Below are positions 45,464-59,357 of a DNA stretch of 64,000 bases, piece by piece. Numbering within the stretch: the first letter of the stretch is position 1; each line of letters opens with the position of its first letter. Under the pieces are notes generated by a model. It was given only the letters and a program-made list of their open reading frames with translations, ran no database searches and was not told the DNA's origin. The stretch is taken from contig NEEC01000004.1 of the NCBI GenBank assembly GCA_002189035.1, positions 620,001-684,000 on the forward strand, read 5' to 3'. The stretch is from Utricularia gibba (lineage: Eukaryota; Plantae; Magnoliophyta). The translations under genes and the position numbers were made by a program.

Positions 45464-48400
45464 TCAGAACAGCTGCAGGGTCATTTTTAGTTTATTCTGT
45501 CTCCATTTGGGCAGCTTGTAGAAAGCGCTCTTTGACATCCCGAACTTCTGCTTGAATTCTTCTGATGCCAAATATGTCTGCAGAATAACATGGTTTGGAG
45601 TTAAGTTTGTAGCCCTCTAGAGGCGATGGCTTTACTCAATACCAACCTCTCGCTTGGTGACATCAATATCTGGGGCAGGATCAGATGATGTTGTCCGGAG
45701 ACGATCGTATGGGTATAGAGTAAGTCCTTCGTCATCCTCGGCATCATTCTCCTTCAGATCTTCTCGAATGGTCTCTGGTTTGGGTCTGAGATCTTCAGCC
45801 GGGCTTGGACTTGATGTTACTTCAGGCTTTGGTTTATTCATCTCAGGGCTGGTAACTGTGAAAACAGCAAGAGCTCAACAAAACTTTCTCAAAACGTGGT
45901 GGAGTGGATGCTACATAAAATAAAAAACGTGCACAGGCAACATAAAGCATATGCATGGAAGCATACCTTTGAGGGAGCGTGGAGGAAGGAATGTGCGTGC
46001 AGGTGGTGGCTGTTCGAAGGGTGAACTGATGGCAGTGATAGATGCCGACTTTTGAGCCAAAATTCCAGAGTCGGGTGTCACAGACTTCGGGTAAATCTTT
46101 CTAACCACAGGAGGAGGAGTAGACAAATTCCTTGAGTTTAGATTCTCGAAGTTTGCCGCTAGTGCATTGAATGCAGGAGACCTGCCTCTTACACGGACTC
46201 TGTCTGGGCTAAAAGACATGCTCCGTGAACGCTGGGATTTGTCTAGTCCAGAGGAAGCTCTTCCACTGTATGAGGCAGGCGATCTTCTTTTGGGGGTCTG
46301 CATATGAATAGTGAAGGCTTAACAGGGAGGATGCCCAAAACTATGCGCTGGAAGAAAAGAAGACTCACGTCCAACACTGGAGTCACCCCATTCTTTAGAA
46401 TCGATAGCTTTCTTTGAAAGGAGTTCCCATACATCTGAAGGCAGTGAAGACTGTGAGTGTGTTCTTACTTTTAATCATAACAGCACTTAGGGCGTATCAG
46501 AACAGCACTTACAGCAGATTTTGTGCTGTCCCATGAGAAAAAACGGGTAAAGAAAGAGGGTTCACTTCCTTCCATAACCACATATATTGGAGCTTGGGTC
46601 GACAGTTTCTCTCCAAGAAAATCACGCTCCAGGAATTTCTTTGAAGGCAAAAAAATTTTAACACCGTCAGCCAAAAGCAAATGCCAAAGAAGCTTTTTTT
46701 TTTTTTTTCAGAAACTAGTTCTTGAGAACAGAAACAATTGGCAAATCAAGTAAAAGCATACCTCTCCAATACTCAAAGCATTCATCTTACTCTTCGAATC
46801 AACCATTTTCCCAACCCATAGATAAATCTCCGTGTGACAGTCTACAATGAATATATCTTCTGTCATCAGATCATCCTGGTTGAAGTTGTATACCTGGGTC
46901 ACCTGAAGCAACGATCACCGTGAGAATACATCACAAAGGATAAAGAAGTTTAATAAAGGTTCCCACCTTCAAATCTCCTGCAGTTCAGCAGCAAATCAGT
47001 GGAACAAAAAAAAGTGTTAAATTGCCCATCAGAAACATATAAATGGTAGAAGCACAATGCTACAAGAAATTTAATACCCTTAACTATAGTGCAGGAAAAA
47101 AGACGAGGATCATTTTCAGCCACTCTTGCAATTTTCTGGCTTGGGTACTCAGATTTTCCTCCTAACAATTCCCAAAACTTCTCAGATTCAGCACCTTCTT
47201 TCTGCAGTTTTGGCTGCACATTTGGCTGCAAGCGAAAAACAGGTTACAAGTGAATGAATAGCTGTGCAGGCTAAACAGTCTCTCATTTAAAATAATAGCT
47301 GCAATGTAAGCTGCAAGCAATGTAGCTTATGACAACATTCCACAACATACGGAATTCAAGTAAAATGTGGTGCTAATCTAGCAGCAACAAGTATCATGCA
47401 ACCTTTATATGATCCAGCAGCCTTTCAGAAAGTTCTTGGGATTCACTGGTGGTAAGACTTCCAGACCAGATAAAGAGAGATTGTGCATGTTGTAGTATGT
47501 AAACGTAAGAGGAATTCAAGGATGAAGCCACCTGAAATGAGAAAAACAAGTAATCTATAAGACATCTTTTCCACCAGTGTCAACAGAAGTATTGTGAAAA
47601 CTCAAGGGCTACATACACTATGATAACTTGAAAGGTGTTTTTCTGGATTTTGGGGAGGGGTGTGGGAGAAACCAAACAGAACGAAAAGATTTTAAAAACC
47701 ACATACTGGTTCAACTTGAATGGCTTGCATATTCTCTGGCCCACTTCCCTGGACTCGAAATAATGCAAGTGTATTATCTCCGTAAGTATCATCAGGAAGT
47801 TCCTTCTCAGCCAAGTAACTTTTGTAATTCTTGCTAAGGCCACCCTTAAGCACGAGACCCAGAAGTTAGGCAGTCATGAAATTAAAACTATTGGAACAAA
47901 ATTTTCACATGTGCCTAACATCGGAAGTCACTGACCTTAAACATAATGAAACACTGGAAGATAGCAAAGAACTGGATTGGCTCATTTCCCTCGTAAAGAC
48001 GAACCTGATAATAAGGAGGACTTCATTATCAGCACAATTATCTAGAAGGAATAAGATGGATATATTGAATATCCGAGGGCAGTGCCTGCGTGGCTGTAAA
48101 TTTCAGGTACTCCACCATCTTGCTGGCCTGAGACGTAGCTGATGCTTTGTCTTCCTATGGGCCAACATTGGAAAATTCAATCATCAGCATCTTAAGTTAC
48201 TAGGATGGAATCACAAAATGTTATCTTTGACGCAATGGCTTGAGCTTCTTCATTTTAGCAGTGAATTTGAAGTTTCCAATCTAGTTTATGTCAGTTATAT
48301 TCGCCAATTATAAAACTAAAAAAAAAACAATAATGAATGTTAACCTCAGTACTTTGCTTTCCAAACCAAGTCCCTATCAGATTTTCATCCCTTGCTTCCC

Positions 48401-51024
48401 CAGGATAAGAGTATTGGAAGATATAGGAATCTCCAGTGTAGAATTTGGACTGATCTGAGCCCGTAAGTAGAGTCTTATCTTGCCCATCCACTCGCCAAAC
48501 CTTCCAATCATGATAAACAAAGCACATTAACATAGCAAAGCAGCAATGAAAACAGGTCCAGACCAAGAAATTGCAACAGACATCTCACCTGCAAGTTCCC
48601 TGTGCAGTCAATATGCAGAGGTGTCTCGTCCTTTGCAGTTTCTGATTTGAGAAGACCCTTTACATTGATCCCTTGACGCTTAAGAAGTGCTAGAGGAAAT
48701 TATACAGCAAGTGATCTTTCTTAGAACTTTTCTAACTAAAACTTCAGCGTTCAGAATAAAGAGAAATATAAGCGAATTAGGACATGGTATAAAATCTACA
48801 GAATGCATGTTTGTGACTAACCTGCGACCTTCCCTCTACCATCCTCACATACAGTCACATTTGTTGACTGAGGCCAGGCACTAAACTTGGAATGGAACTC
48901 CACTGGCTCAAACCCTTCTATAACATGTGTTATGCGAGATTTGTGTCTGTTGAGCTTATTCAACATCTCCTGACAGTGAAGGATACAGTTCAGTAAAAGT
49001 GTACACCCACAACGTCCATTAAAAGAGTTATGCGGGCAATGAAGTAAGGCTAACATCAGCAGCGCTGATTGCTGCTTTTCGTTGATCAAGTGAAGTAGTT
49101 CTCCCCATCCAAACAAAGACCTCATGCCCACAATCAAGAATATAGCATCTGTATGTGTCTACTAGCTCCCTTGTCAAAGGGTCAGCATCAATCGCTGTAG
49201 CCTCTCCCTTCTCAATGCTGATGGCATTAAAGATTGAAAAATATGATCACAAATTGTGCTAGAAATTTTCTTAATGGACTTCATGATTATCCTAAAAAAT
49301 TAGAAAAAAGGGTTCATGCATGACGAAACTATTCAAAAAGAAGAAAATGAATAGGCATGCATTGACTTCTTTAGGAAATGTTTGTACCGAACAATCTTCC
49401 AAGTTAAAAATATACCTCTGGTTTCACTACATAACCAGCGTAAAATACTCATCTATGAGGTTGAAATCACTCGGGGCATAGAGAAATCCACCAACGAAAG
49501 AGCATTCGCTTATAACTAAAAAAAAAAAAGATAATCACTACCGAAAAAGCTTATAAGGGGAAACAACGGTGCTTCCAGGTTCCTCGATGGCAGTTTTCCT
49601 AGGAAGTGGGGCAAAGCCACCAAAAAAACCCCAAAATTCTCCCGTATCAGCATCAGCCATTAATTTTCCTTCTTCTGCAGTTGACAAAAAAGCCAAACAT
49701 GATTATCCTTGAAATTTCCACTGCAAAATTATTTGAGTGAAAATAGGAATTATGCTTACCAACAGTTGCAATTTCACATTTTCCATTATGATATGTGTCC
49801 TTAATATACTGGACAACTTCAAGAGCTTTCGCTCGCTCTTGTATAGACGAGTTCGAGCCATTGAACTGGAATATTTTAGATTCAGTGTCGAGAATAAAAA
49901 TGTCATCATGACTAAGAGATGTCCTCGCAAAAGGAACCTGTGCCACCAGGAGGAAGATGTCATATTTCCACATAAGATTCATCAGTGCCTACCTAAAGAA
50001 CAACCTCAACCTCACCTCTTTCACAAGTACGACATGCTTTCCTCTACATACATACAGACGAGTTTGGTATTCTGAAGCCTCAACATGCTTAAAGCCAGAG
50101 GCGATTCCGCCATCTTGGGGAATTATGCATGGCTTAAAATAAGAAAGGAACTTTTCTGTTTCAAAGCCTTGTACTTCACGGTATTGAATAGCACGTCCAC
50201 CCAGCACAGCATCTAACTCAACAGCTTTGATTGCTGCAGTGCCAGACTCATCCTGCAAAAGAACGGATTGAACGCCAGGAAAAAATTCATAAGGTGATAC
50301 AGATGCACCAAAAGGATGTTGCAGACTTGCCTGGCTGGTATCTTTACCCAGCCAATAATGAATATCATGGTGCAGAGCACCACTTCTCAAGGCACTAGTC
50401 TGCACAAGGTTGAATAACGGTAAGGCTGAAATAAGTAACTCAGAAATCATGCTCATGAGGATGAAAGTTAATAGTCTACATAATAAAATAAATGGACTTG
50501 CAAGAAAAAGGAAAGAAGTTGACTATGTGAAGAGACGCAAGTTGAGCAAGACGTTTCTGAAGATACATTACCAGAAACAACCCCACAATGTTATCCCATT
50601 GCCCAAATCTGAGTTTTTAACAATCCTCTGTTTTCACCAAATCATGACTAATGAATGACATCACATCCAACTGGAAGTCGATAGGAGAAACTGATGCCTT
50701 GCATGGGAATAAAAGAGCCTTCACAAATAGCTACCTTTAAAATCACATATGAATCACCGGAAAAAAACTTCCCAAATGAAGATTTTGGAACAGGTACTGG
50801 ACTAAAATTTTCAATCCGCCACACCTCAATGCCTCTGAACAAAGTCAAGGAAAAGAACATGTATAGCACCAAGATAATTATGACTTATACCAAACATATG
50901 AAAATCCAAAATATTTATCAATTCAATGCATCAGCTAAATGAAGAAAAAAAGAACTCCATAAGGATACGCCTTTTGCCCTGCTCCCTGGAAAGCTGGATC
51001 TAAATTTTTCATTGAAACAGACAT
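45464..51024 (-). CDS. VLN4: Villin (VLN4/VLN5 type actin-bundling protein); more than 20 exons
   Basis: [19 protein letters not shown] start, [27 protein letters not shown], gelsolin repeats, [16 protein letters not shown] and the headpiece [30 protein letters not shown]. Confidence 0.95.
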
Positions 51025-53563
51025 GGTAACTCCTCAGCTTCTTCGAAAGTGACTAACAGCAATTTGGCCTACGATATCAACATGAGAAATCATTCACAAG
51101 AGAAATATGTGACACAGATTGCAGCATGTTGAAAATGAAGAGAGAATATAAATGTCTAAAAGGGGTATGTAACTCAACCGAAGTAACACTCAGTATGTCA
51201 CCTATGTACATTAAGCAATGATCTTGAATTCCAACACCCTTGCACAAACCATTAAGAAAAGCCCATTTTGTGTGTGTTCCATGTCAACAGAAGATCGACT
51301 ATGTTCTTCAATGAGTACTTATTTTATCTGTTAAAGCGAAAAGGCCCCTAGGAGCATAAGATATGCGGTCGCCTGACTTCGCACCAAGATTTTTCATCAC
51401 GCTCTTTCAGTTTAGTGTACTGATCGGGCTTCAAAATCAGTTATTCTTGTAATGATCAAATTCTACATTGATTTATATTGAAATACTCCTCCAAGTTTCA
51501 AATTTGAATCCAAAGTATAAGGCTTGAAATCATGATAGCAGCACACCAAGCCTAAACATCACAGGCTGGATAAAACTTGTGTTTTTTTTTCTTAATTTTC
51601 ATCGAGTAAAGGCAGAGACCCACAAATCACGCTCAAGTTACGTATCTTAATTGATGATCCGTTTTGTAACACAGTGTAAACTAGCCACAAAGCTGAATTC
51701 CGTTACCTTAATACTTCCAGAAGATGACTTGCTTCAAGCCCAGTTCCAAATGAATCACTCAGATCCAATATCAACCAACAAAGAAACACCTCAGGTTCCA
51801 AAATCGACACATGAACAAAAAAACCTGTGTCTCTCTCAATAAGAGAAGAAGGATCGACGGGCTTGCACAGAAATCACTGCAAAAAACAAAGGTGATTGAG
51901 CGCGCTCCCTTTCCCAAAGTGAGCAAAATGTAGGCTCTTTTCAAAGACGGAATGTTTAGGTTTTTTTTCTTCTATCGGAGAAAAATAAGAGGGAGCAAAA
52001 TTCCAGATGAACTAAAGCATTCATTGTTTGGTTTCGCCGGTTGCCCCACCAACCGTCATTTTTATTCCCTTTTCTTGGAAGACAGCAATTGTACCTCGCC
52101 CGTTCGGACTCAACGAGCTCCACTCAACACCACGCCCCGCCGTCAAACTGAATCTGATTGTACTGAGGAGTTACCTTCATGTTTCCCGTCGATTCGGAGG
52201 GGTGACTGGGGGGGAGCACGACGGTCCGAAGACTAGTTTTATTATTAAAAAAATGAAATTACCACCCTATTCAGATAATATTTTAAAAAATAAGATTAAT
52301 GCCACCTAAATCAAGATTTATCAATTTAATTATCCCGATAACGATGCTCATCTATGATCTCCTTTTCTTTGACAAGTCCCTTTCTAGTGTAGTGAATGGA
52401 CAGACTTTTTCTAGAAGTATACTTTAATTTGCTGTAAATAAGCCTTTAATTCTTCTAACAGTATGGTAATTATTTTTTTCAAAATTCCGAAATTAAAATA
52501 TGCAAAATATTTATATTATTATTTAATCACCCTCTACCGAGGTGAAAAATGTTTTTTTAAAAAAAAATTAATAAATTGTCGTATGAATGAATTATGATAA
52601 TGACGTTTCGCCTTAGTATCATGACTTCGCGTGTCAACTAGGACACGGCAATGGAAGGGCGGTGCGGAGTGGGCCGAGGCCCCCACGAAAACAAAAAGAA
52701 TATCTTTTTAAAATATCATATTAAAAATTATGTAAATTAACATTAAAGAATGAAAATATTATATTCTTAAAAATAACGGAGGATAGCCACATTTCTAATA
52801 CATCATTTTTTCGGGTCATTTACAAATATGGTCCCCTTTCCATTTTCACTCATACAATGAGACAAAATTTTTTTAATTAAGAATGATTATTTTTCTCACA
52901 TGAAGTATCATCACATTCCTAATACATACATTAAAGACCGTTTTTTCAATACAAGTAATTGTTGAACTGTATGTAAATGTCTCAAAAAACGGATTCAACT
53001 CGTCATTCAAATTATCCTTAGTTTTAAATTGAAACTTTTTTATAATGTTTTTGAATCCTTTGAATCTATTAGGACTATATTGTAAAAAAAAATAAAAATG
53101 ACTATCTAAAATTAATATTTTTAATTTTTTTTATAAAAAATATTAAATCTGGAGCCAAAAAAATTGAGATTCGGTTAATCGGATCGCACCCTAGGCTGGC
53201 GCGGGCTTTTTCTTCCTTGCAAGGAATCACCGTGTTGTCCGCCGGTACGGGCGCGGTGGCCGGAGTTTGTAGCGGATTCGAGCAGGCTCCTGAAGGATGA
53301 CATCAAAGGCGCCGAGAGTAGCAGCGCACGAGGAGGATTGCGGTGTCGTTGGCCGTGAACCTCATGCCGTAGATTCGAGGTAGGCTGCCCTGAGTCTTCT
53401 TTCTAGTGACCCTGCGCGATTTGGAGTACGGAGACAAGTAGTTCCACCCTGTGGTGGATGGGAGAGAAGACAAATGGAGCTTCAGATGAAGGAAGTAGCC
53501 AGTCTTAAGTACGATCAATCCCAGACAAGCAATCCCACATCACAAAGAAGCATTTGAACCTAT

Positions 53564-54281
53564 CTACTGAATCACAGACGCTGCTGCGTTGAAAGATTTC
53601 TCGGCTTGGTCGCGGATGCAAGAAAGATTTCGTTGTATCTCGTCATGGAGGCGACCCTCGACGAGTTGTATAGGAAGCCACATCTTAGGCTGCACCTGAA
53701 CGTTGTAGGAGAGCAATGTCATGGACTCCTCACCACCTACCTGAAAAGAGGCAGCTTCAGAACAGAATGGGGTTCTGATGGATGAAGAATGGGGTATTCA
53801 AGAAGCAGTGTCATCAACCTGCTGAACAGACCACTTTCCATCAAAAACCTGGAAATCGCCTTCTATCATCTTGAACTCGATATCTCGCCTTGGCCCATTC
53901 AGGTGGATCTCAAGATCACTTTCGAAACAGTCCAAGGTAGCCTTCGCCTTGAATTTCAGGCCCCATGGCAGATTCTGCTGTCCTATCTGCATTCAGGCAG
54001 ACGAAGTTGCTTGTGTCCACATGTTGAAACCTTACAGCAGAATGTATTCATGATAGAACAGTTACCTGAAACAGACGGACAAAGTTGTCTCTCTTTTCAA
54101 GCAGTTGACTCACCACCAGGCCAGGTATGAAATCAGCCAGTCCTTCATAATCCGTCAGTACATCCCAAACTGTCTGCAAACTAGCACGCACATCTACTGT
54201 GGACGTAATCATACGGATGTTCCTGTTTACCTTGTTTATCTGGATTTTCACCATGCTGTGCCCCCAAAAGATACTGCCTTT
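53564..54281 (-). CDS. Polyketide cyclase/dehydrase (START/SRPBCC-like) protein, core exons; 5' end unresolved (possibly up to 55818)
   Basis: Exons 54281-54066, 53986-53819 and 53740-53564. ASLQTVWDVLTDYEGLADFIPGLVVS, GLKFKAK, IEFKMIEGDFQVFDGKWS and VQPKMWLPIQLVEGRL. Confidence 0.8.
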
Positions 54282-55325
54282 CTGGGAAGAAGATAGAATA
54301 ACTGAGCCTAACTTCTGACAAGGGACTACTATTTCCCAGCACATGAAAAATTACCACAAGACAGTAATCGGTACACAACCAAGATAAAGATCAGCAGTTA
54401 ACCGGAAACAAAGAATCCCTCTTAAAAGCAAACTATGACATGAGTGATTTTTCATAGAGCAAATAACATGATGAGAAGTAGAATCCTCAGTAGCAACAAG
54501 AACAGGCCATGCTCTTTCTCTGCAAAAAAGACCGTCTTTACAGTTTGATACCAAGTTAACCATCAAAACTTGTTTTTTCATCACGTAAAGCTACGACCAA
54601 CAGTCAAGCACAAGACGTACAGTAAGATACAGCTGAACTAGAAACAGACAACAAAGGTGAATGGAGGGGAGGATCACCTCCCTATGGAGATATGGCTTGA
54701 GTCTAAGTTTACAATGAGCCAGTCATATCCCAAATGAACAAGGACTTCTACACTTCACCTCATTCTGGGTTTCTTCGTTTATGCAGTCAAGGAGCTTGAG
54801 ACATGCTAATGAGGACCGGGTGCTGAAAGGTTGCAATCGTACGACATCCTTTATTTGAAAACAGCAATGGCGGGGCCGCTTCTTTCAGAAAACCTGATCA
54901 TAAATAGTAGTTTAATCTGACATCACGAAATTTAAAGTAAAAATATCAGAGTGAAGGGAATCTCTACCAAACAGCATGATCTTCATTACAAGAAATTCAA
55001 TGATCTCACTCTATTGGAATACATCCCGTCCACTTGATGGACAACCTCATATTGCTGTTATAATCCGTACAATACAAGAAATTCAATCTATGTGGTTTAC
55101 AAAAGAATGAGGAACAACTGAAAAAGCATTTGAAACTATTGAACCATTGAAGGATTTCCCAGCTTTATCTCTACACAGAGACGACCCTCCACTAGTTGAA
55201 CAGGGAGCCACATTTTACGCCTCATATGAAGAATGTACCTGAGCTTTGTTATAGAATGTTCACTTTCTAACTGAAGAAAGTTTAATAACCTTAAAATTTC
55301 TGGACCACCAAACGGTTGAGTAAAC

Positions 55326-55490
55326 CTGCCGAACGTATCCCACCAAAAATCTGGAAATCTCCTTCATCCATTTTGCACTCGATGAAGCAGGACACTGCTT
55401 TCAGCCAGAATCGAGCATTAAAATTTAAAGCGTTACACTTTCCAAATCCACAGTTAAAGAGCATGAAGATTGGCAAATAGGTGCACTGCG
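55326..55490 (-). pseudogene. Degenerate duplicate of a cyclase exon
   Basis: IECKMDEGDFQIFGG mirrors IEFKMIEGDFQVFDG. About 75-80% nt identity by eye over about 58 nt, with the same CAG|GT donor. Confidence 0.6.
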
Positions 55491-56441
55491 AACTCACATA
55501 ACCGGTCCATGAAAAAGTAGATGAAGAGGCTATCCTAGACCCGGTGCCGTAACTGTATTAAACTGATTTTAACCAAGGAAATATCCATGTCGTTCAGAGA
55601 CTAAGGTTAAATAAAAAAAAAAAACATCAAATGGGTGCGACCTGGGAGCCCCGCTGGAGATCTGTAAAGGTGAAGAGAAGCAATTTCACTGGGTAGGTAA
55701 ACGAGATGGTCCACAGATTAATAACCTGAATGAAAGCTTCTGAAAACAACCTAAAATCGCAATAATGGTGGTGGCGCGATTCAATGGCACACCCTGAAGG
55801 CAATTGTATGAACACCATTCCTTCCAGAGTTGCTAATTTTTTCTGGGTAGGATTGAGCAATGAATCTGAAGTTGTTCTCTCCGAAATTAGAAATGAAAAA
55901 AAAGAGGGAAATCCTGTGGATATTATTTATGCTAACAAGAAGGACAAAATTTTAACGATTCAAGTTTTCTTTTTTTTTTTCTTGTCATGATTCTTCTTCC
56001 CCAGAACTCACAGACACGGGGTTCTTGATAATGAAGTCAACAACGCCAGTTTCCCAGCTCGAATAGAGAAATGAGAGAAAGGACGGAACTTGAAGTGGCT
56101 CCTTTTGTGTACGGCATCTGCATTGTCAAGCATTTTTAAATCTTCGAATGCTATGCTCCGAATCTTTCAATGGGTTCTTGATCCCGGTTAAAAAACCGCC
56201 TAGGTTTTCGTTCTTCTGCTTCCTCTTCTTCTTATTTTCTTTCCACTGTTTACTGTTACAAGTTCTCTTCTTCTTCTTCTTAGTTCTTTCTCTGCTGTGG
56301 AAGAAATGTGAGCATCGAGCCATCGACATTTATCAGTTCCAATGGGCGGATGGTTTTGAGTAGTTGATTTCTGGGTTCTCGGCTCCGGTGCAAAGGGTTA
56401 CTTCTAATTTGGAGAACTCTTCCAAGAAACAAGTTGCGGAG

Positions 56442-58015
56442 ATGTTTGGGCCCAAGTTTGCTCAAACGATTCATGCAGTAAGGCATTTCCGCGAAGCAGA
56501 ATGCCTTGGAATTAGATTGAGAATTTCTTTCAAATCCCTTATCTTTTTGTTCTTGATAGCGTTTGTTTTGTTCGAAGTCTTTAGCATCATAGAATTGAGA
56601 TCAACAGGACAGTACTCTGCTGCTCATTCCAGACCCATATATTGGATTCTTGGATCTCTAGGTAGTAAGAATTTTGATGGAATTCACAGGCTCATTGCTA
56701 GTTCGAAACCAAGTGATCCCTGTATTAAGCCTATTCTCAAGGTTTTCATGTATGATTTGCCCCCCGAGTTTCATTTCAATCTCTTGGGTTGGAAGGAGGA
56801 TGGTGCTACTCCCTGGCCGGATATTCGCGTAACTGTTCCGCCTTACGCTGATGGTCTCAATTTGCAGCATAGCATAGAATACTGGCTGACATTAGATCTC
56901 TTGCATTCCGAAGTTTCAGAATCTTTGGAGGGCCGTAGTGCTAAAAGAGTAGGAAACTCTAGCGAAGCAGATGTTGTGTTTGTTCCTTTCTTTTCATCCA
57001 TTAGCTATAACCGGTATTCGAATGTGAAGAACCCTGAAGAAAACGTTAGTGTTGACGCTGCATTGCAGCAGAAGTTGGTTAGCTTCTTGAAGGAACAAGA
57101 GGAATGGAAGATGTCTAATGGGATGGATCACATTGTTGTTGCTCACCATCCAAACAGCCTCTTGGATGCAAGATCGAAGCTCTGGCCTGCAATGTTTATC
57201 TTGTCGGATTTCGGAAGGTATCCTCCTACAATTGCAAATGCTGAGAAAGATTTGATAGCTCCCTACAGACACATGGTCCAGAGTTTTGTCAATGACTCGT
57301 CTGGTTTCGACAGTCGCCCAACCTTGCTGTACTTTCGAGGAAACGTTTACAGGAAAGATGCAAGTGCTCCTCTTCTTCCCATTTCACCAGCTTCTACTCT
57401 CGACATCTGTTCTTCACTCTTCTTGCTGAAATTGAAAGAACAATGCTTGACGTTTCCTTGTTTCAGGATGGAGCAATCCGGCACAAGCTATACTACCTGC
57501 TGAAGGATGAACCCGATGCGCATTTTGCATTTGGAACTGCACAAAAAAATGGGATCCAGATTTCTTCAGAAGGCATGAAGTCCTCCAAATTCTGCCTCAA
57601 CATTGCCGGTGACACCCCCTCCTCAAATCGTCTCTTCGATTCTATAGCAAGCCACTGCGTCCCTGTGATCATCAGCGATAAGCTCGAGCTCCCATATGAA
57701 GACGTCCTCGACTACTCCGAGTTCTGCATCTTTATCAGCGCAATGGACGCGATCAAGAAGGACTTCATCCTCAACATCACCAGGAACATCAGCAAGAACG
57801 AATGGACAAGAATGTGGCGAAGACTGAAAGAAATCGACAACTTCTTCGAGTTCCAGTACCCATCTCGAGACAAAGATGCTGTTCAAATGATATGGCAGGC
57901 TGTCTCAAGGAAGCTCCCCACGATCAGAAGGAAAATCCACCATTCCAGGCGACTCCCCAACGCCCAGAATCCCGGATTTAACTCATTCCCCCTGCCACCA
58001 GCACTCCGTAGTTGA
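56442..58015 (+). CDS. Exostosin/GT47 glycosyltransferase (ARAD1-like); 2 exons, GC-AG intron
   Basis: Type II TM anchor, LKVFMYDLPPEFHF, LNLQHSIEYWLTLDL, DFGRYP and SSKFCLNIAGDTPSSNRLFDSIASHCVPVIISD. The intron is 57360-57466 and the first in-frame ATG is at 56442. Confidence 0.9.
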
Positions 58016-59357
58016 TAATTTTCCCTCTTGTACCATCTCCACTCACATTCTTTCAGCTCACTTCAACTGTTCATTCACTCCAACTGTTCCGGAACGCTGT
58101 CGCTTTCGGCATTGACTAAAATCCGGCGATGACCAAATCAAACCAAATGCCTACTACTGTCAACGCACGTGGAAGTACATCTTCGTCCAAATCGTTCAAT
58201 GGCGGCGTTTACTTTCTCCCCACCCTTTGAAATCCGCCTGCCGGATTCTTCAACGGTCAACTCGCACGCACGCCAACAACACAAACAAAGTACGCACACG
58301 TGACAATTGATGCAAAATGTGAATTTGACAAAGTAATTATATGGTTGTCTTAATTAATATTTTTTATTCCGATAATCCAAGTATTTCAACCGCCTACTGG
58401 GTGTGACCTATCATGGGTTTACGCCCAGTTGAGGTTTTAAAAAATTAAAGTGAACGACTTTCCACCGAACCGGGCCGACTTTCGAGCGAACCGGGGGTCT
58501 AGAGTAGATCATCCGAATTAAGGTGAGCCGCAGTGGTTAAATGCTGCTTAGACTTTTTAACTACGGTGATTAGAGGTAAACTACGGGGGATTAGAGGCTT
58601 CATCACTCCACTAAAAAAGATATTATTGTTTCACGTTAATGAATTACAAAAGTGAATTTCAATTATTAACCTTTTTTTTTGTACAGTCGGTCGTACAATA
58701 TGTCTCTGTGTGTTTCACTTCCTTTTTGATACATGAATTTAAATAAAATAATGTATTTTTATTATATATTAGTTTTTTTACATTTCTAATTCTTCAATAT
58801 CTATCCTATTATATACAAATCACTTGTTAAATGATTATCTTAAGTGTTTCTTGATTAAAAGTTAGATTTAGGATTTAGATATTGATGAAATAAATTAATT
58901 TTCATTTGATTAGAATATATTATCGGTTAAAATCTTTCTATTTATATCTAGAATCATCTATAATATTTTTATTGGTAGAAAACGAAAAATTGGATTAGAT
59001 TTTACATGGATACGTTAGCCGGCGCACACATTTGTTTATAGATCATGTGAAAATAATTGTTTGCAAGATCTTGATACTATTTACCGTATCGATTTATTGG
59101 ATAAAAAATACCTAAAATAGGTATTCAAAGGGTTTTTTTTTCAGAGTGAGTGGAGGGGAATAGGGGATGGATAAACAATTACAACAAGAAACGGTAAACC
59201 GTCAAGTTGGCAGTTAAAAAAACCAAGAAAAAGAATAACACAGGTCATTAATTATCTGATAAGAAAACTACAGACCTAGTCGAGGATTTCCCCTTTCTCC
59301 GCTTAACTATAAACCCTCGCCATCAGTTCCATTCACAGTCAGTAGCATGAAACATCG

